64,000 bases of DNA from Felis catus (Eukaryota): assembly GCF_018350175.1 (NCBI RefSeq), contig NC_058383.1:23748001-23812000 (forward strand). Reading direction: 5' to 3'. Shown here in pieces: positions 49,708 through 62,156 of this stretch. The translations under genes and the position numbers were made by a program. Positions within the stretch are counted from its first letter, which is position 1, and every line of letters begins with the position of its first letter. The notes below the pieces were generated by a model that was not told the DNA's origin, did no database searches, and saw nothing but the letters and a program-made list of their open reading frames with translations.

Positions 49708-51056
49708 CTGAAAGAGGGAACCGGGCACGGAAGTTTACAGGCCAGGGAATGAGGGGCTGGGGACGCAGGCCCCACCACCAGCCGTCAGTTGCTCCTACCG
49801 CGTGAGCCTGGCTGGCAAGATGCAGGGGGCGAACCTTAAGGTATCAAATTTTCTTGGACAAACACAGCTCCATTTCTAATCCCTCAAATCCTGCCAATTT
49901 ACGGGCGCTGAGGGAATATTATAGCACGAGGACACAAAGGCCAGTGGAATGGACTGCAGCAGTTTAAAGTGTTTCCCACTCGTTTATCAAGCAGGATTTG
50001 GTTGGGGAGGTTGGACCGTAAGCTGCCTCCTTGGCCAGTGACCCACATGATGGGCCAGAAAAGTCTGACTCGAGACCCTGCAGCAAATCCACTTGGCTTT
50101 CCTCTGTGCATCCACAGGAAGCTTCGGGGAATAGGTTTGGAAAACACATCATGTTCCAGCTACAGACATCCTCTTCCAAAGGTCCCTGCAGGACCGAGCC
50201 AGGCAGCTGCGTGCATATAATGTGCGCTAAGCATCCTGCAATGCACAGGGCACCCCCCACGACAAAGAAGGGCCCAGCCCAGAATGTCAGAATGTCAATG
50301 GCACCTCGGTTAAACAACCCTGCTCTACACTGTGTTGAGACCTTGCACCATCGGTAAACACCACGTGGTAAATGCTCTGTGTTCTGGACGGAGCAAGAGT
50401 CATGCCTGCTGAGGCAACTGGGAAAGGCTCCCGCGGGAGGTGCCACAGGGGGCCAGTCTGGGGGAGCAGATGGGCTTTGAGGAGATGTGACCACAGTAGG
50501 AGGAAGGACCTGGCAAGTGGGAGACTCACAAAGACTAGAGGGTGAGAGGTTCAACGTGTGTTTCTGGTTCAGCTAAGGAAGGGTTCCCGAGGATTGGTCT
50601 TCCCACATCTGCCTGATGATAATGAGCTTCTAAGATGCTTGTTAGAAACACTTGCCGGGTGACCTGGGGAAAGCTGCTTAAGAGCCCCGTTTTCTCGTAT
50701 GTAAAATGGGGATGAATAACATTAGCCGGTCTCACTGGGTGGTTGATAAGTAAATGAATGAATTCTCTGAGGCACTTATACACAGGCATTACTTTACCAT
50801 GTGAGCCGTGGCCCTTATAGTCCCCCCTCCAGGATGGGCTATCCTACTTGTGTCTATGCCTCTCCGCAGATCCCCCAGTGTCCCGCCCAGTCCAGAGGCT
50901 CAAAAGTATTTGCCAAGGGGACTGGCTCCTTTGCACAATCTTCCTTTAGCTGATGTGTGAGGCACCTGGGCAGGCAGCAGTGACACCAGGGAGGAGAAAC
51001 AGGGGCTGGAAAAGGCAAGCACGTGGTCACGATAAGGCTGCCTCAGGGAGCATTAC

Positions 51057-51119
51057 CCGTCCGGAGCTGCCCAGGCTGTCTTCGTCAGACTCGTACCTCC
51101 GGTTACCGTTTGAGTGGCC
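51057..51119 (-). CDS. EEF2K: EEF2K exon 13 (GHSNGNRRYESDEDSLGSSGR)
   Basis: CCTCCCTCAG acceptor, GTAATG donor, 63 nt. Confidence 0.9.
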
Positions 51120-51951
51120 CTGAGGGAGGTGAAGGGTAGAGTGAGCCAAAGAGCAGTTCCCAAGAACTGGTCCTGCCCTCCTCCCCAGGGGACCCTCTTC
51201 CAGGGGACTCTCCTCCTAGGGGACAGGCTCAGCCCCCTCCAGGAGACCCTGCTCCCAAGGGACAGGCCTGGCCTCTAGGAGGGGCAGCTGGAACTCATGT
51301 GCCAAGAAGAGAGAATGCTGGGTAACAGGCAGGACCAATGTGCTGGTGTGCCCACAGCCTTCCTCTCACCCTCCCTGTGTGCACAGATGGAAATGACTCA
51401 AAGGCACAGGATCGTGGCGGGTAAGTACCAAGAAAACCTCCTTCCCCTTACCAAAGCTCCCATAATAGGTCTTTACTCGCAGTAACAAAGCTGAGACCAA
51501 AGGGCTCTCAGCAAGACTGGTTTGGATGCTCAGATTCAACTCTGGCACACGGGAAAACCTCTAAGTGGCAGACACTGCCTGAGCCACCCGCACCAGTGTC
51601 CTCCAGCGCACTCCCCAGGATGGCCAGAACACCAGACATTGAACGGCGTCCTTCCGCCCACACCATTCCAGCCTATTACCCAGCACCCTAGATTCCAGTT
51701 TCCTCATAAGAGTTGTCTGCCATTTTCAGTCTTATGTAATCGCCCATACTTGTCCCTTTACTAAACTTTCTGGTCCCCATAACCCTGTTTTATCTTCTGC
51801 CCTGCCTTTATTTTTATCTGAAATGATCTTGGGTATCAATTTACCTATTATGTTCTCACAACGCACTCACATTAATCCCCACCCTTCCGTCCCCCTGGAC
51901 AATGAGGCAACAGAACACTCTGGTCTCATTTCCCTGGGAGGAATTCCTTAC

Positions 51952-52029
51952 ATGTTCTCGGGGCTCTGGGTCATCCAGCTCACCCCGCTTCTCACTGGGG
52001 TATCCGCTGTCCCCACTGTTCTCAGAGTC
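51952..52029 (-). CDS. EEF2K: EEF2K exon 12 (DSENSGDSGYPSEKRGELDDPEPREH)
   Basis: TCTCTCCACAG acceptor, GTAAGG donor, 78 nt; DSGYPS beta-TrCP degron at 51994-52011. Confidence 0.93.
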
Positions 52030-52394
52030 CTGTGGAGAGAAGATGGCCCTAGGGTCTCAGTGGTCCTCTGAGTGGTGGTTACTTCTGGACACTCAGCCAT
52101 TTGCTATCTCTCCTTTGTCCTATCACTTCAAGTAACATCCCCTTCCCTCTGTATTGCTGATTGGGTGACAAGGAAACAGTACAAAGTAGTGGCGAAGACC
52201 TTGGGCTCTGAAGCCAGACTGCCTGGGCTCAAGTCTGAGCTTTGTGACTTGCCAGCTGGGACCCTGGACAGCGATTTCCTTATCCATGAGGATTCATGAT
52301 AGGGCCTACAATGAAGGGCTATGAGCAAGAAGTGAGGTGTTACTCACTGAGAGTATGGACCACAGGAAGACCAATCTATTATTAAGAGGGGCTC

Positions 52395-53402
52395 GGGGCG
52401 CCTGGGTGGCTCAGTCGGTTGAGTGTCCGACCTTGGCTCAGGTCATGATCTCATGGTCTGTGAGTTCGAGCCCCACATCGGGCTCTGTGCTGATAGCTTG
52501 GAGCCTGGAGCCTGCTTCAGATTCTGTCTCTCTTTCTCTGACCCTCCCCTGATCATGCTCTGTCTCTGTCTCAAAAATATATAAACATTAAAAAAAATTT
52601 TTTTTTAAAAAGAGGGGCTCACAGGCAGAAAAACAAAGGCTGGTTTATGACGTATGACCCATGGACACAAATGTAGCACTGAGTGCAGTATTTACTACAA
52701 TGGAGCCCTCTGCCAAAACTGGGGCACATTTTTTATTCTTCTGGACAATTCAGAATCTCTAACTTCAGTCATTTGTCTACCAGTGTTCAGTTCTGGCCAT
52801 CTCTGCATGTCACCTGCATCACTATTCGGCTCACACTTTTGTTTCTTTCTTTGTTCTACTAATTAGTATTTCAAACGTACCTCTAAGAACAGAGAATAAT
52901 AAAATGAACCCCTATGCACCTGTCACCTGGCTTTGTCCGCTCTTAACATTAGGTCTTAGTTATTTCAGATCTTTTAATTTTTTTTAATTTAAAAATTTAA
53001 TTTTAGAAAGAGAGAGAGTTGGGGAGAGAGGCAGATGGGGAGAGAAAGAGAACCTTAAGCAGGCTTCACACTCCGTGCAGAGCGCCACACGGGACTTTGA
53101 TCCCACAACCCTGGGATCATGACCTGAGCCAAAATCAAGAGTCAGACCCTCAATGGACTGAGCCACCCAGGTGTGCCTGGATCTTTTATTTTTTTTAAGT
53201 TTTTTTTTTTTTTTAATTTATTTTTGAGAGACAGAGAGTGAGCAGGGGAGGGGCACAGAGAGAGGGAGACACAGAATCTGAAGCAGGCTCCAGGCTCTGA
53301 GCGGTCAGCACAGAGCCTGACGCGGGGCTCGAACTCACGAACCGTGAGATCATGACCTGAGCCGAAGTTGGATGCTTAACCGACAGAGCCATCCAGGCGC
53401 CC
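52395..53402. mobile_element. CAN-SINEs in EEF2K intron 11 (52395+, 52975-, 53185-)
   Basis: SINE heads and tails. Confidence 0.85.
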
Positions 53403-54089
53403 TGAAATTCTAAAATGTATTCTAATTCCAGAATGAAATCTATTATAAATGGAATAAAAAATAATATCTACCTCACGGGTTGTTGAGGCATAGAGTGTCT
53501 ATCAAACTCTTGAAACAGTCTTACGCTTATTTTTTTCCTTCCACTCAAAAACTCTGAAAAGCAGTCAAGAGTGAACTTTAACCTTTGGAGCGATCCCAGG
53601 GTGCGAGTTAAAGTGCACCTGAGGTCTGGGCACAGGTGACACCTCTCAAAGTCTGTTTTTAAAATTCCTGTGAGTTTTTACTTTGACACTGTAATATGTC
53701 TGCCTGAATGCAAATGCAGTGCCTTCAGCTTCTGCAGAGTCACCCAGAAGCTGTTGGAAACCTGTCCTGTTTATCCAACCTGAGGGCATCACGCTGGATT
53801 GTGCTATAAGTCACTCGTCTGAAACCCAGGACAGCTCCCTCCCCCCAGGACAGCTGTCCACACGCATGTGGCCAAACCACACCAGGGCTGAGCTTGCTCA
53901 GCATTTATCAGAAGGTTGCATTGTTGCTAATTTGGATTCCCTCTTCTGCTACCATCTCCGGGAACTGCAATGGATCCAGCTCTTCTCAGAGGGCACCACT
54001 GCCCTGGGCAGGAGGCTGAGAGTCATCCGCACTTCCCTGTGGCCCCTGGCAGTGCCCAGAGCAGACCGGGAGATCCCTCTCCAACTTAC

Positions 54090-54157
54090 CCGGTGATTGT
54101 CCAGATGGTCATGGTCTCGGGGTACCATGTTGTCAAGGTCACTGAACACAGGCCAAT
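54090..54157 (-). CDS. EEF2K: EEF2K exon 11 (WPVFSDLDNMVPRDHDHLDNHR)
   Basis: CTGCCCAG acceptor, GTAAGT donor, 68 nt. Confidence 0.92.
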
Positions 54158-55571
54158 CTGGGCAGGAGAAAACAGAGATAACGCACTGGCTCTACCATTA
54201 AAACTGTCTGAAAGACTGACTACAATCTAGGGCTGAACGCACCTGTCACCAGGCCTTTTCAAAAATTTTTTTGAAAATGGTGCAAAAATGGGGGAAGAAA
54301 GCTGTCAGTACCTGGAGGGCTACAGTTCTTCCTCAAGAACTTATTCAGTCTGCCACTTGCTGGCTGTGGGGTCCTAAGCACGTAGCTTCACCCCTGTGCC
54401 TCCTCAAGGCTGTAATGCAAATAACTTGTGCAACGGGCTTAGAGGCACACGTGCCTGGGCCACAGTTGGCCTTCAGTGAGGTGCAGGTGTGAAAGAAGAA
54501 CGGCCATTTGTATATCTGGGGCTCAATGAGTTGGAGCAAGTTGGAGAAGCCTCAGATGGCTTAACAACCAACCACCTCCTTCCTGGTGGTTCCCAGTCTC
54601 TGTCTCCTCCCCTGAGCTTCCACAGTCAAATCCAGCTTGTTTCCATTTTTATATGGTTTTTAAGAATGGTTTTTTTCCATTTAAAATGGTTGGAAAAATT
54701 AAAAGAATAGTAATTTGAGATATGTGAAAATTACACGAAATAGAAAATTTAATGTCTTTCTTGGAACACAGTTACACCTACTCATTTACATACTGTCGAT
54801 GGCCACATTCATGCTGCTAATGCAGAAGCCATAGGTCCCCAAAGTCTAAAATATTTACTCTCTGGCCTTCTAAGGAGAGCCTGTCAACTCCTGCTTCAAA
54901 CTATACCCAAGGTCTTCTAGTGGAAATGTCTAAAAGGCTTGACATTTGACACTAAAATCTTCCTCTTCTGTTCCTCTACAGCGTCCCCCAGCTGAATAAA
55001 TGGCCACCCCACCCTTAGAGTTTTTCAGATCAAAACCCTGGAGTCAGCCGTGCCTCCCCTCCACTTTATCGGCAAACTCTATCACTTTAACTTTGAGGAT
55101 AATGATTCCGTTTTCCTCCTCTGATCTAGTCATAGGTCGTTCAGATTTCCTGATATTGAACAACTCTCAGATGCTTGCAAAAACACTATCTGATTATGAC
55201 GGACTATTCTTTCAAAGACACTACCAGCTTTTGTTAATACCTTATTTAGAATGTCTGTATTGCATATTTATAAGTGGGGTTGGAATGCAGTTTTCTTTTT
55301 TTGCTGTTTTGTGAAATTTTGGTGTAAAGGTTTTGCTAGTTTCATGAAACACGCTGAAAAAAATGTTATCTAAAACAGGGCCTGTTTTTGAAGCATTTGG
55401 AAGACTTGGTCTTGAAAACTTATTAAACAAACTCATACAACCATCTGGGCCATGAATCTTTTTGATTAGCATATCTGATTTCCTAACATAAGCGAAAGCC
55501 AGTTTAGTTGTGTTCTTTCTGGTGCCTGTCCCCTCCAATCACAACTACCAGGGACCAAAAACGTCACTCAC

Positions 55572-55773
55572 GGAGGTGGTCCAGTTTCTGGCTGTGTGGT
55601 GTGGCCGAAGACGGGGAAGAAGGGAGAGAGTCAAAGGTCACGTCACTCATGTTCTCATCTCCAGAGTTTTCTGAAAGGCGAAGGAGCAGGGGGGGGCGAC
55701 TCCCAGAGAGGGTCCTTACTCGGGGGCTCCCACACTTCTCCTCTGTCCCCCTCAAGATGGTCTTGGCTGATTG
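55572..55773 (-). CDS. EEF2K: EEF2K exon 10, regulatory loop (QSAKTILRGTEEKCGSPRVRTLSGSRPPLLLRLSENSGDENMSDVTFDSLPSSPSSATPHSQKLDHL)
   Basis: TTCTCCAG acceptor, GTGAGT donor, 202 nt; AKTIL (T348), GSP and RVRTLS phosphosite motifs. Confidence 0.95.
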
Positions 55774-56488
55774 CTGGAGAATTAACGGACACCCATGTCA
55801 CACAGGAGCCCTCTGGGGAGAGAAGGGCTCTTCCGGGAGCGTGCTGTTTACCCAAACCCTGAGGCCCTTTCAGTCAACGGCCCCCATACATGCCTGTTTA
55901 GGGACTGGCAGGAAATCTAAAAATAACCAGTGGGGGATTAACCCAAAGGCTTCTAAGAAGGGGCATCTGGTGCAGGAGCTCAAAGCCAGCCAGCAATCCC
56001 AAAGTGTTAACCACACTCTACAGCCCTGAGCTGGGGCATACCTGCGGCCACACATCCAGAATCCCAAGCTGGTCTGTCCTGACAGTCTCTTACATCTGGT
56101 CACGGTAAAAGCGGGGGGCCTATCCTGGACACAGCAAGGTGCCCGAAGAGCCAGGTCCAGGTCTAGTCCAGCCATTTATCAACATGCCACACAAATACAT
56201 GTACCACACACCTCCCTCACTATCTCTACACACTTGGGCTCTTCACTCTGGTCAAAATAGGTCCAATCAAGCAGACCCCAGGTACTGGGTTAGCGGGGAC
56301 ACTCGGAAGGGCTTTGTGCACTGATCCTGGGAGGAATGAGGGCCACGGATGAGGCTGAGATCCTTCTGGCCCTGAAACTCTTCAAGTAAGCATTGCAGGG
56401 CCTGGACTGCCATCACAGAGAAGCACGGCTCACTGCCTGGCAGAAGAAGGGCCCGGTCCCCCTGAGCAGGCTCTCACTGGGCACCCAC

Positions 56489-56616
56489 CAGCAGCTTGGT
56501 GTTCTGATTCACAGTGTCCCTCTCTCTTGGTGAGAGGTCAAAGGCAGCGAGGCCCATGCTCTTGCAAATCCGGTTGCAGGCATGAGAGTAGAAGAAGAGC
56601 GCCATCCCCCGGACAC
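56489..56616 (-). CDS. EEF2K: EEF2K exon 9 ([42 protein letters not shown])
   Basis: CCCGCAG acceptor, GTGGGT donor, 128 nt; HxCxxxC zinc ligands. Confidence 0.95.
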
Positions 56617-56869
56617 CTGCGGGCAGAGCAGGGGAGTCTGGAGCAGCGCCTTGCTTTGTGACAGGGGCGGGGCAGTGCTGGGCACCAAAACCACAGAAAG
56701 GGCAGGCACTGAAGTGGCAGGGCTCAGGCGTCCCAAGCTTCCACCCCCACCATCTTGCAAAGGCCGATCTACCACCTCAGCCAGTTTCCTCGTGTGCAGG
56801 GAGAGCTGAGAGATGTGGGGGCACAGGGAGTGTGGTCTCCATGGAAACGGGCTGGCTTTCCCCACCTAC

Positions 56870-57002
56870 CTAGGTTGCCATCTCCAAAGTCAGTGCCTTT
56901 CTCGGTGTGGATCTGCGGGTCGGTGTAGAGGTCGCCCACACCCTGGATGTCCACCACAATCAGCTGATGCCCGGAACGCTCAAATGTGAAGTGGCTGAAG
57001 GC
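56870..57002 (-). CDS. EEF2K: EEF2K exon 8 (AFSHFTFERSGHQLIVVDIQGVGDLYTDPQIHTEKGTDFGDGNL)
   Basis: CCCCCAG acceptor, GTAGGT donor, 133 nt; alpha-kinase DIQG, TDPQ and GDGNLG motifs. Confidence 0.97.
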
Positions 57003-57160
57003 CTGGGGGTCAGGTGCGGGGGAGACAGGAAGACTAAGGTGACCAACCACAAGAGACCAGGCTGTGGACTACGCATACACACGTCAGCCACCACTGCGGG
57101 GCTGCAACACCTCAGCTCTGCCCATGGTGGGGCCTTTCTCTGCAAGAAGAGGTTGCATAT

Positions 57161-57375
57161 GGGGTGCCTGGGTGGCTCAGTCGGTTAAGCGTCCGACTTC
57201 GGCTCAGGTCATGATCTCACAGTTCATGGTTGAGCCCCACGTTAGGCTCTGTGGTGACAGCTCAGAGCCTGGAGCCTGCTTCGGATTCTGTGTCTCCCTC
57301 CCTCTCTGCCCGCCCCCTGCTCATGCTCTTTCTCTCTCTCAAAAAATAATAAACATTAAAAAAAAAAAAAAAAAA
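57161..57375 (+). mobile_element. CAN-SINE in EEF2K intron 7 with TSD AAGAAGAGGTTGCAT
   Basis: Direct repeats flank the element. Confidence 0.9.
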
Positions 57376-57552
57376 GAAGAAGAGGTTGCATAGAGGAAGA
57401 GATAAAGGAGGAGCCCTGTTTAATTCTGCAGGGACAGAAGCTGGCTGGCATGTCTCGTTACAGAATCTACCTCGGGGCACTCCGGGAGGCTTGAGGGCCC
57501 CCTCGGGGTGAGACCTCATGCCCACAGGGACCCGCCCCTCCAGGGGCCTCAC

Positions 57553-57702
57553 CTGTGGCGTCAGGCGCATGTTGTCATCACGGACAAAGCCCGAGTTGGA
57601 GTTGTACTTGATGTACTTGCCCTCGATATAGTGCTCCAGGTGGAAGAGAGGCTTGCCCGGTCTGTCCTTCAGCTCCACCACGCACATCTGCATGATGTCC
57701 AC
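57553..57702 (-). CDS. EEF2K: EEF2K exon 7 (VDIMQMCVVELKDRPGKPLFHLEHYIEGKYIKYNSNSGFVRDDNMRLTPQ)
   Basis: CCCACCAG acceptor, GTGAGG donor, 150 nt. Confidence 0.96.
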
Positions 57703-57877
57703 CTGGTGGGAGGGGAGCAGCTCAGGCAGGAGCCAGGTGGCAAGCGCCTCCGACACAGAATGCTTGGGAGGAGCCGCCTGCCTGGGCCCCAATCCTGGCT
57801 CCATCAGTCAGCAGCTCTCTGCAGGCCAAGTGTCCCCAGAATCCACTGTCCCCTTTTCTTTTGAGAATGAAAACCCC

Positions 57878-58195
57878 TGTGATGGCTTAACTGCGTCTCC
57901 CCCAAATTCATATGTTCAAGTCCTAACCCTCAAAGGTGATGCTATTCGGCGGGGCCCTTGGGAGGGGATCAGGTCATGAGTGAGAAGCCTTCGTGAACGG
58001 GACTGGTGTCCCGATAAAAGTGACCACAGGGCTCCTTCGCTACTTCCGCCATGTGAGGCCACAACAAGAAGGCACCGGCTATGAACCAGGAGAGGGCTTC
58101 ACCAGAATGTGACCAGGCTGGCACCTTGGTTTTGGACTTCCCAGCCTCCAAAATTGTAAGCAATAAATTTCTGTGATTTGTAAGTTGCCCAGTCC
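57878..58195 (+). mobile_element. MaLR LTR (MLT1-type), followed by a CAN-SINE at 58196-58397
   Basis: TGTGATGG...CCCCCAAATTCATATGTTCAAGTCCTAACCC...CAGCCTCCAAAATTGTAAGCAATAAATTTCTG. Confidence 0.7.
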
Positions 58196-61002
58196 GGGGA
58201 AGCCTGGGCGGCTCAGTCAGTCGAGCAACCTCAGTCAGTTTCAGCTCAGGTCATGATCTCGAGGTTTGTGGGATCAAGCCCCATGTCTGGCTCCAAGCTG
58301 GCAGTGTGGAGCCTACTTAAGATTCTCTTTCTTCCTCTCTCTCTGCTCCTCCCCCGGCTCATGCTCTCTCAAAATAAATAAACTTAAAACAAAAAAAGTT
58401 CTGTTAGAGCAGCACAAAGGGACTAAGATAGCCCCCAACTGAGTTCCAACACAATGCACAGCCACCCAGGAGGAATGACATCACTTGGCTTCCCTTGCAG
58501 CTAGGTGTGGCCATGTGACCAAGCTCATCCAATGGGAATTGAGCATCAGTGATGATGTAACCCCAGCCTGCCCCTCCTCCTCTGGCCTTCCTGAGGCTAT
58601 AGAGTGGACATCTCCCAGTGAGGTCGACCTGGCCATGTGCTCCAGGGCCACACTCTGGGGTAAGGCAGAAAAATAAGACAGAAGGAACCAGGCTTCTGGA
58701 TGACTTAAAGAAGTGAGGCACCAGCCCACTCTGAGCCCCCCACCAAAATGGGACCATCAGATGAGAGAGAAAGAAACCATTTTGCCTTTCTACACATTTG
58801 TGGGTCTGTATGCTAAGCAACTAAGCAGGTGTCTTACACTAATACTGTGAACATGGGCAAGTCAGTTCATCAACTCAGTTTTCTCACCTGTGGAATGGGA
58901 TCTCACACGTAGCGTGAGAATGAAATCTGCTGATACGTGAAAGAGTCTGTCAACGTTTGCTGATGTTATCATTACCAGTAGACGTAACTCTAGAGCAATA
59001 AACACCAAACTATACCCAGTGGTTCTCTCCCTACAATGGGGAATTATACACATTCCTTGCTGAATTTCTTTTAACAAGCACATGTCTAATACTGGGAAGG
59101 AAACGTGCAAGTCTTGTGAATTGTTTATAAAGTGAGGTTGGTAAGACCTGAGACACTGACTCCCCATGGCTCCCGTCCCCCACAATGACACCCACCGTAG
59201 AAGGATCCAGGTCTGGGTTTCCCAAGGAAACAACCATCCAAAGAACCGTTTGGCTGAGTCGCTAGACAGGCAGACAACAGCTATAGAGGCTGAAGAGGCC
59301 CTGAGCTGAGCGTTGCCCTAAACTTGGCCTCAGTTCTGAGAACCAGCCGAAAGGGAAGGAGCAGATGGTTCTCAGAGGTTCTCACCCCAAATGCTGGCTC
59401 CATCCCTACAAGGAAGTCTATGGCAACGCCACCTGCTTGGCCAGTGGGCTCACTACGGGGATGCGGCCGGGAGGGAACAGCCTGTTCCTTCTCAAACAAC
59501 TATGTCCTTCTCCCTTATCATTTCAAACAACCACACTGTTTAGTGACCCCCTAGGGACTGTGATACAGAGTAAATAAGACAGGTAACATCCCTGTCCTTG
59601 GGGGAGAGAGGCAACCAAAATATTAACTACAAAAACAAGACTCTTTCAGATGGCGCCAACTGCTCCCAATAAAAGGAACCAAAACAAACAGAATGATGTG
59701 AGAGAGGGAGACAGCAGAGGAAGGGCTACTTCATTCAGGATGTCCTGGGGCGGCCTCACTGAGCAGGTGACATATGAGCTGAGACTTGAACTAGAAGGAG
59801 CTCATCATGCAAGGATGGAGGGGTGGGGGACACAATGATGCAGGCCGGGGGCACAGTCAGGGCAAAGGTCCTGAGGCAGAAACAAGCTCAGGAAGGAAGA
59901 GAAAGGAGGCCAGGATGGCATGCGGTGAGGTGGTCACAGCCCCCGTGGGTGGGGACTGTGGTTTCTTGTGTCTACCCCAAGTGCGCTTAACCAAGGGCCC
60001 TGCAAACAGCAGGCACTCAATAAATTCTGCTGGATTCTTGGAAGTGCAGCTCTCCCAAAGCTCCCAGGAGATAGTGTCCTGTGTCTAGGAGGTGTTCAAA
60101 CAACAGGAGAGCTGAGCTGCGAATTAGGCAGGGCAGAGGCACGGAGCGCTATTTCCTCAAATGCCCATAGGCAACAGGAAATTCTGCTAGGCCTGGGGTC
60201 AGTAAACACCCTGGGGGCTCCAGTGAAGGAGCCAAATGGGCAGGGGCTTGGAAAGCCTGGATTTGAGCCCTGGCTCCATTCCTGACCGTTTGCACAGGTC
60301 ACTTAACCTCTTTGAGCCTGGGGCTCCCCAGGGGCAGACATGCTATCCATTCTCCCCTCCTTCTACTTTTTCTTAGGAGCCGCCAGCCTCAGTCTACATA
60401 GTCTAGGGGAAGGACACACACCGCTGCCTCTATGGGTGAGCAGTCTCATGCCTCCCCAATCTGCATATTCCCTCCCCTGACCATTGTGATTGGCTCAGCA
60501 ATAGGCACCTGACCTAATCAGAGTCAATGAAACCCAGTTCTGAGACTTAGTAGAACTGCAAAAACAAGTGTTGTCATATCCCACCAAGGTTTCTGAGAAG
60601 ACAGAAAGTGAGCCTGCAGCTGCTAGTGGCTGACACATCAATACAAACAGAAGCTGCCTGTGAGTGATGCCACAAGGAAGAACACCAAGGCTAGAGATGG
60701 GGGAGATTCTCAATATCCTATTGGGTCCCGGATCCAGCCGCACCTGTGGCCAGCCCTATTTCTCAGTTACATAAAGCCAAAACTTCCTTTTTTGGATTAA
60801 ATCCATTTGAGTGGGTTTCTAACACATGCAAACAAAAATCCTGACTAACAGATCCCATTTATAAATGGGATAAAAGCATTTTAATCTCAAATAACCTCCA
60901 CGCTCTGGTTTTAGAAATAAATGAGTCTGCATACAGTGTACTTGGCCCATCATGCTCAATAAATGATGATCATTATTAGCTACTGTTAAAACCATAAAGG
61001 GA

Positions 61003-61395
61003 GGGGCACCTGAATGGCTCAGTTGGTTGAGCCTCTGACTTCAGCTCAGGTCATGATCTCACAGTTCGTGAGTTTAAGCCCCACGATGGGCTCTGCACTG
61101 ACAGCTCAGAGCCTGCCTCGGATTTTTTTTTTTTTAATTTTTTTTTTTCAACGTTTTTATTTATTTTTGGGACAGAGAGAGACAGAGCATGAACGGGGGA
61201 GGGGCAGACAGGGAGACACAGAATCGGAAACAGGCTCCAGGCTCCGAGCCATCAGCCCAGAGCCTGACGCGGGGCTCGAACTCACGGGCCGCGAGATCGT
61301 GACCTGGCTGAAGTCGGACGCTTAACCGACTGCGCCACCCAGGCGCCCCCCTGCCTCGGATTTTGTGTCTCCCTCTCTCTCTGTCCCTACTCATG

Positions 61396-61435
<40 letters not shown>

Positions 61436-61465
61436 AATAAATAAACATTAAAAAAAATTTTTTTA
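61003..61465. mobile_element. Older + strand CAN-SINE containing an inverted young CAN-SINE (61127-61349)
   Basis: TSD CCTGCCTCGGATTTT at 61112-61126 and 61350-61364. Confidence 0.9.
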
Positions 61466-61587
61466 AACAAAACAACACCACCAAAACCATGAAGGGAACC
61501 TGTGACTGGTACCACTGTTGCCCTGGTCTCCAGTCACTGTCTCCGGCTGCCTTGTGTGGGAAGGTGGCAGGTAGGGCTGTCACATAC

Positions 61588-61759
61588 CTGCTTGGGGGGC
61601 TTGTGCCGATTATACTCCTCTCCCCAGAGCTTGGCCTCCATCTGTAGACGCACATCCTCGAAGTACACGTCCCTGTCCACAGACTCGATGTAGCGCTTTG
61701 CCACGTAGTTGGAGGCCCCCTTCCACTGCTGGGTGTGCAGGAAGTTGGAGAGCTTCTTC
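61588..61759 (-). CDS. EEF2K: EEF2K exon 6 (KKLSNFLHTQQWKGASNYVAKRYIESVDRDVYFEDVRLQMEAKLWGEEYNRHKPPKQ)
   Basis: TTCCTCCCAG acceptor, GTATGT donor, 172 nt; YVAK ATP-binding Lys. Confidence 0.96.
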
Positions 61760-62118
61760 CTGGGAGGAAAGGCAGCAGAGGACCCACCTGGGCACCTGGG
61801 TTCACCAGGGACCCAGCCTGACTCACGGCACCCTTCAAAGAGCTGGGAAGGGGACCAAGGGACATTGTTAAAGGTCTCTTATCCCATATCTTTTGGCCTC
61901 CAAACACGAGCAGAGGTTAGTGGGGTATTCCATGTCCTCCCCGAGACCATCCCCATAGCCAGGCCCATCATGTGGTCCAAGGGAGAGCAGAGAGGCTTGG
62001 CCTATAAAAAGCAGAGGCCACTGTCTCAGTTTCTCAGCCAGAACTGTTGCATTGCCCCTGCTCTTAGGAGCCTGAGGGAATTCGGGCAGGGCCCCAAGAA
62101 CCAGGCTGAGTCACTTAC

Positions 62119-62156
62119 GTCCTGAAGCACTCCCTCATAGCTCCGCGGCCAAAGGG
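62119..62156 (-). CDS. EEF2K: EEF2K exon 5 (PFGRGAMRECFR)
   Basis: GTCTTTCAG acceptor, GTAAGT donor, 38 nt; alpha-kinase P-loop. Confidence 0.94.

Noticed and set aside
52180..52330. Other MIR copies (also ~15720, ~18350, ~43390, ~44440, ~60230) as active Pol III units
   Set aside because: Their A and/or B boxes are degenerate or missing.
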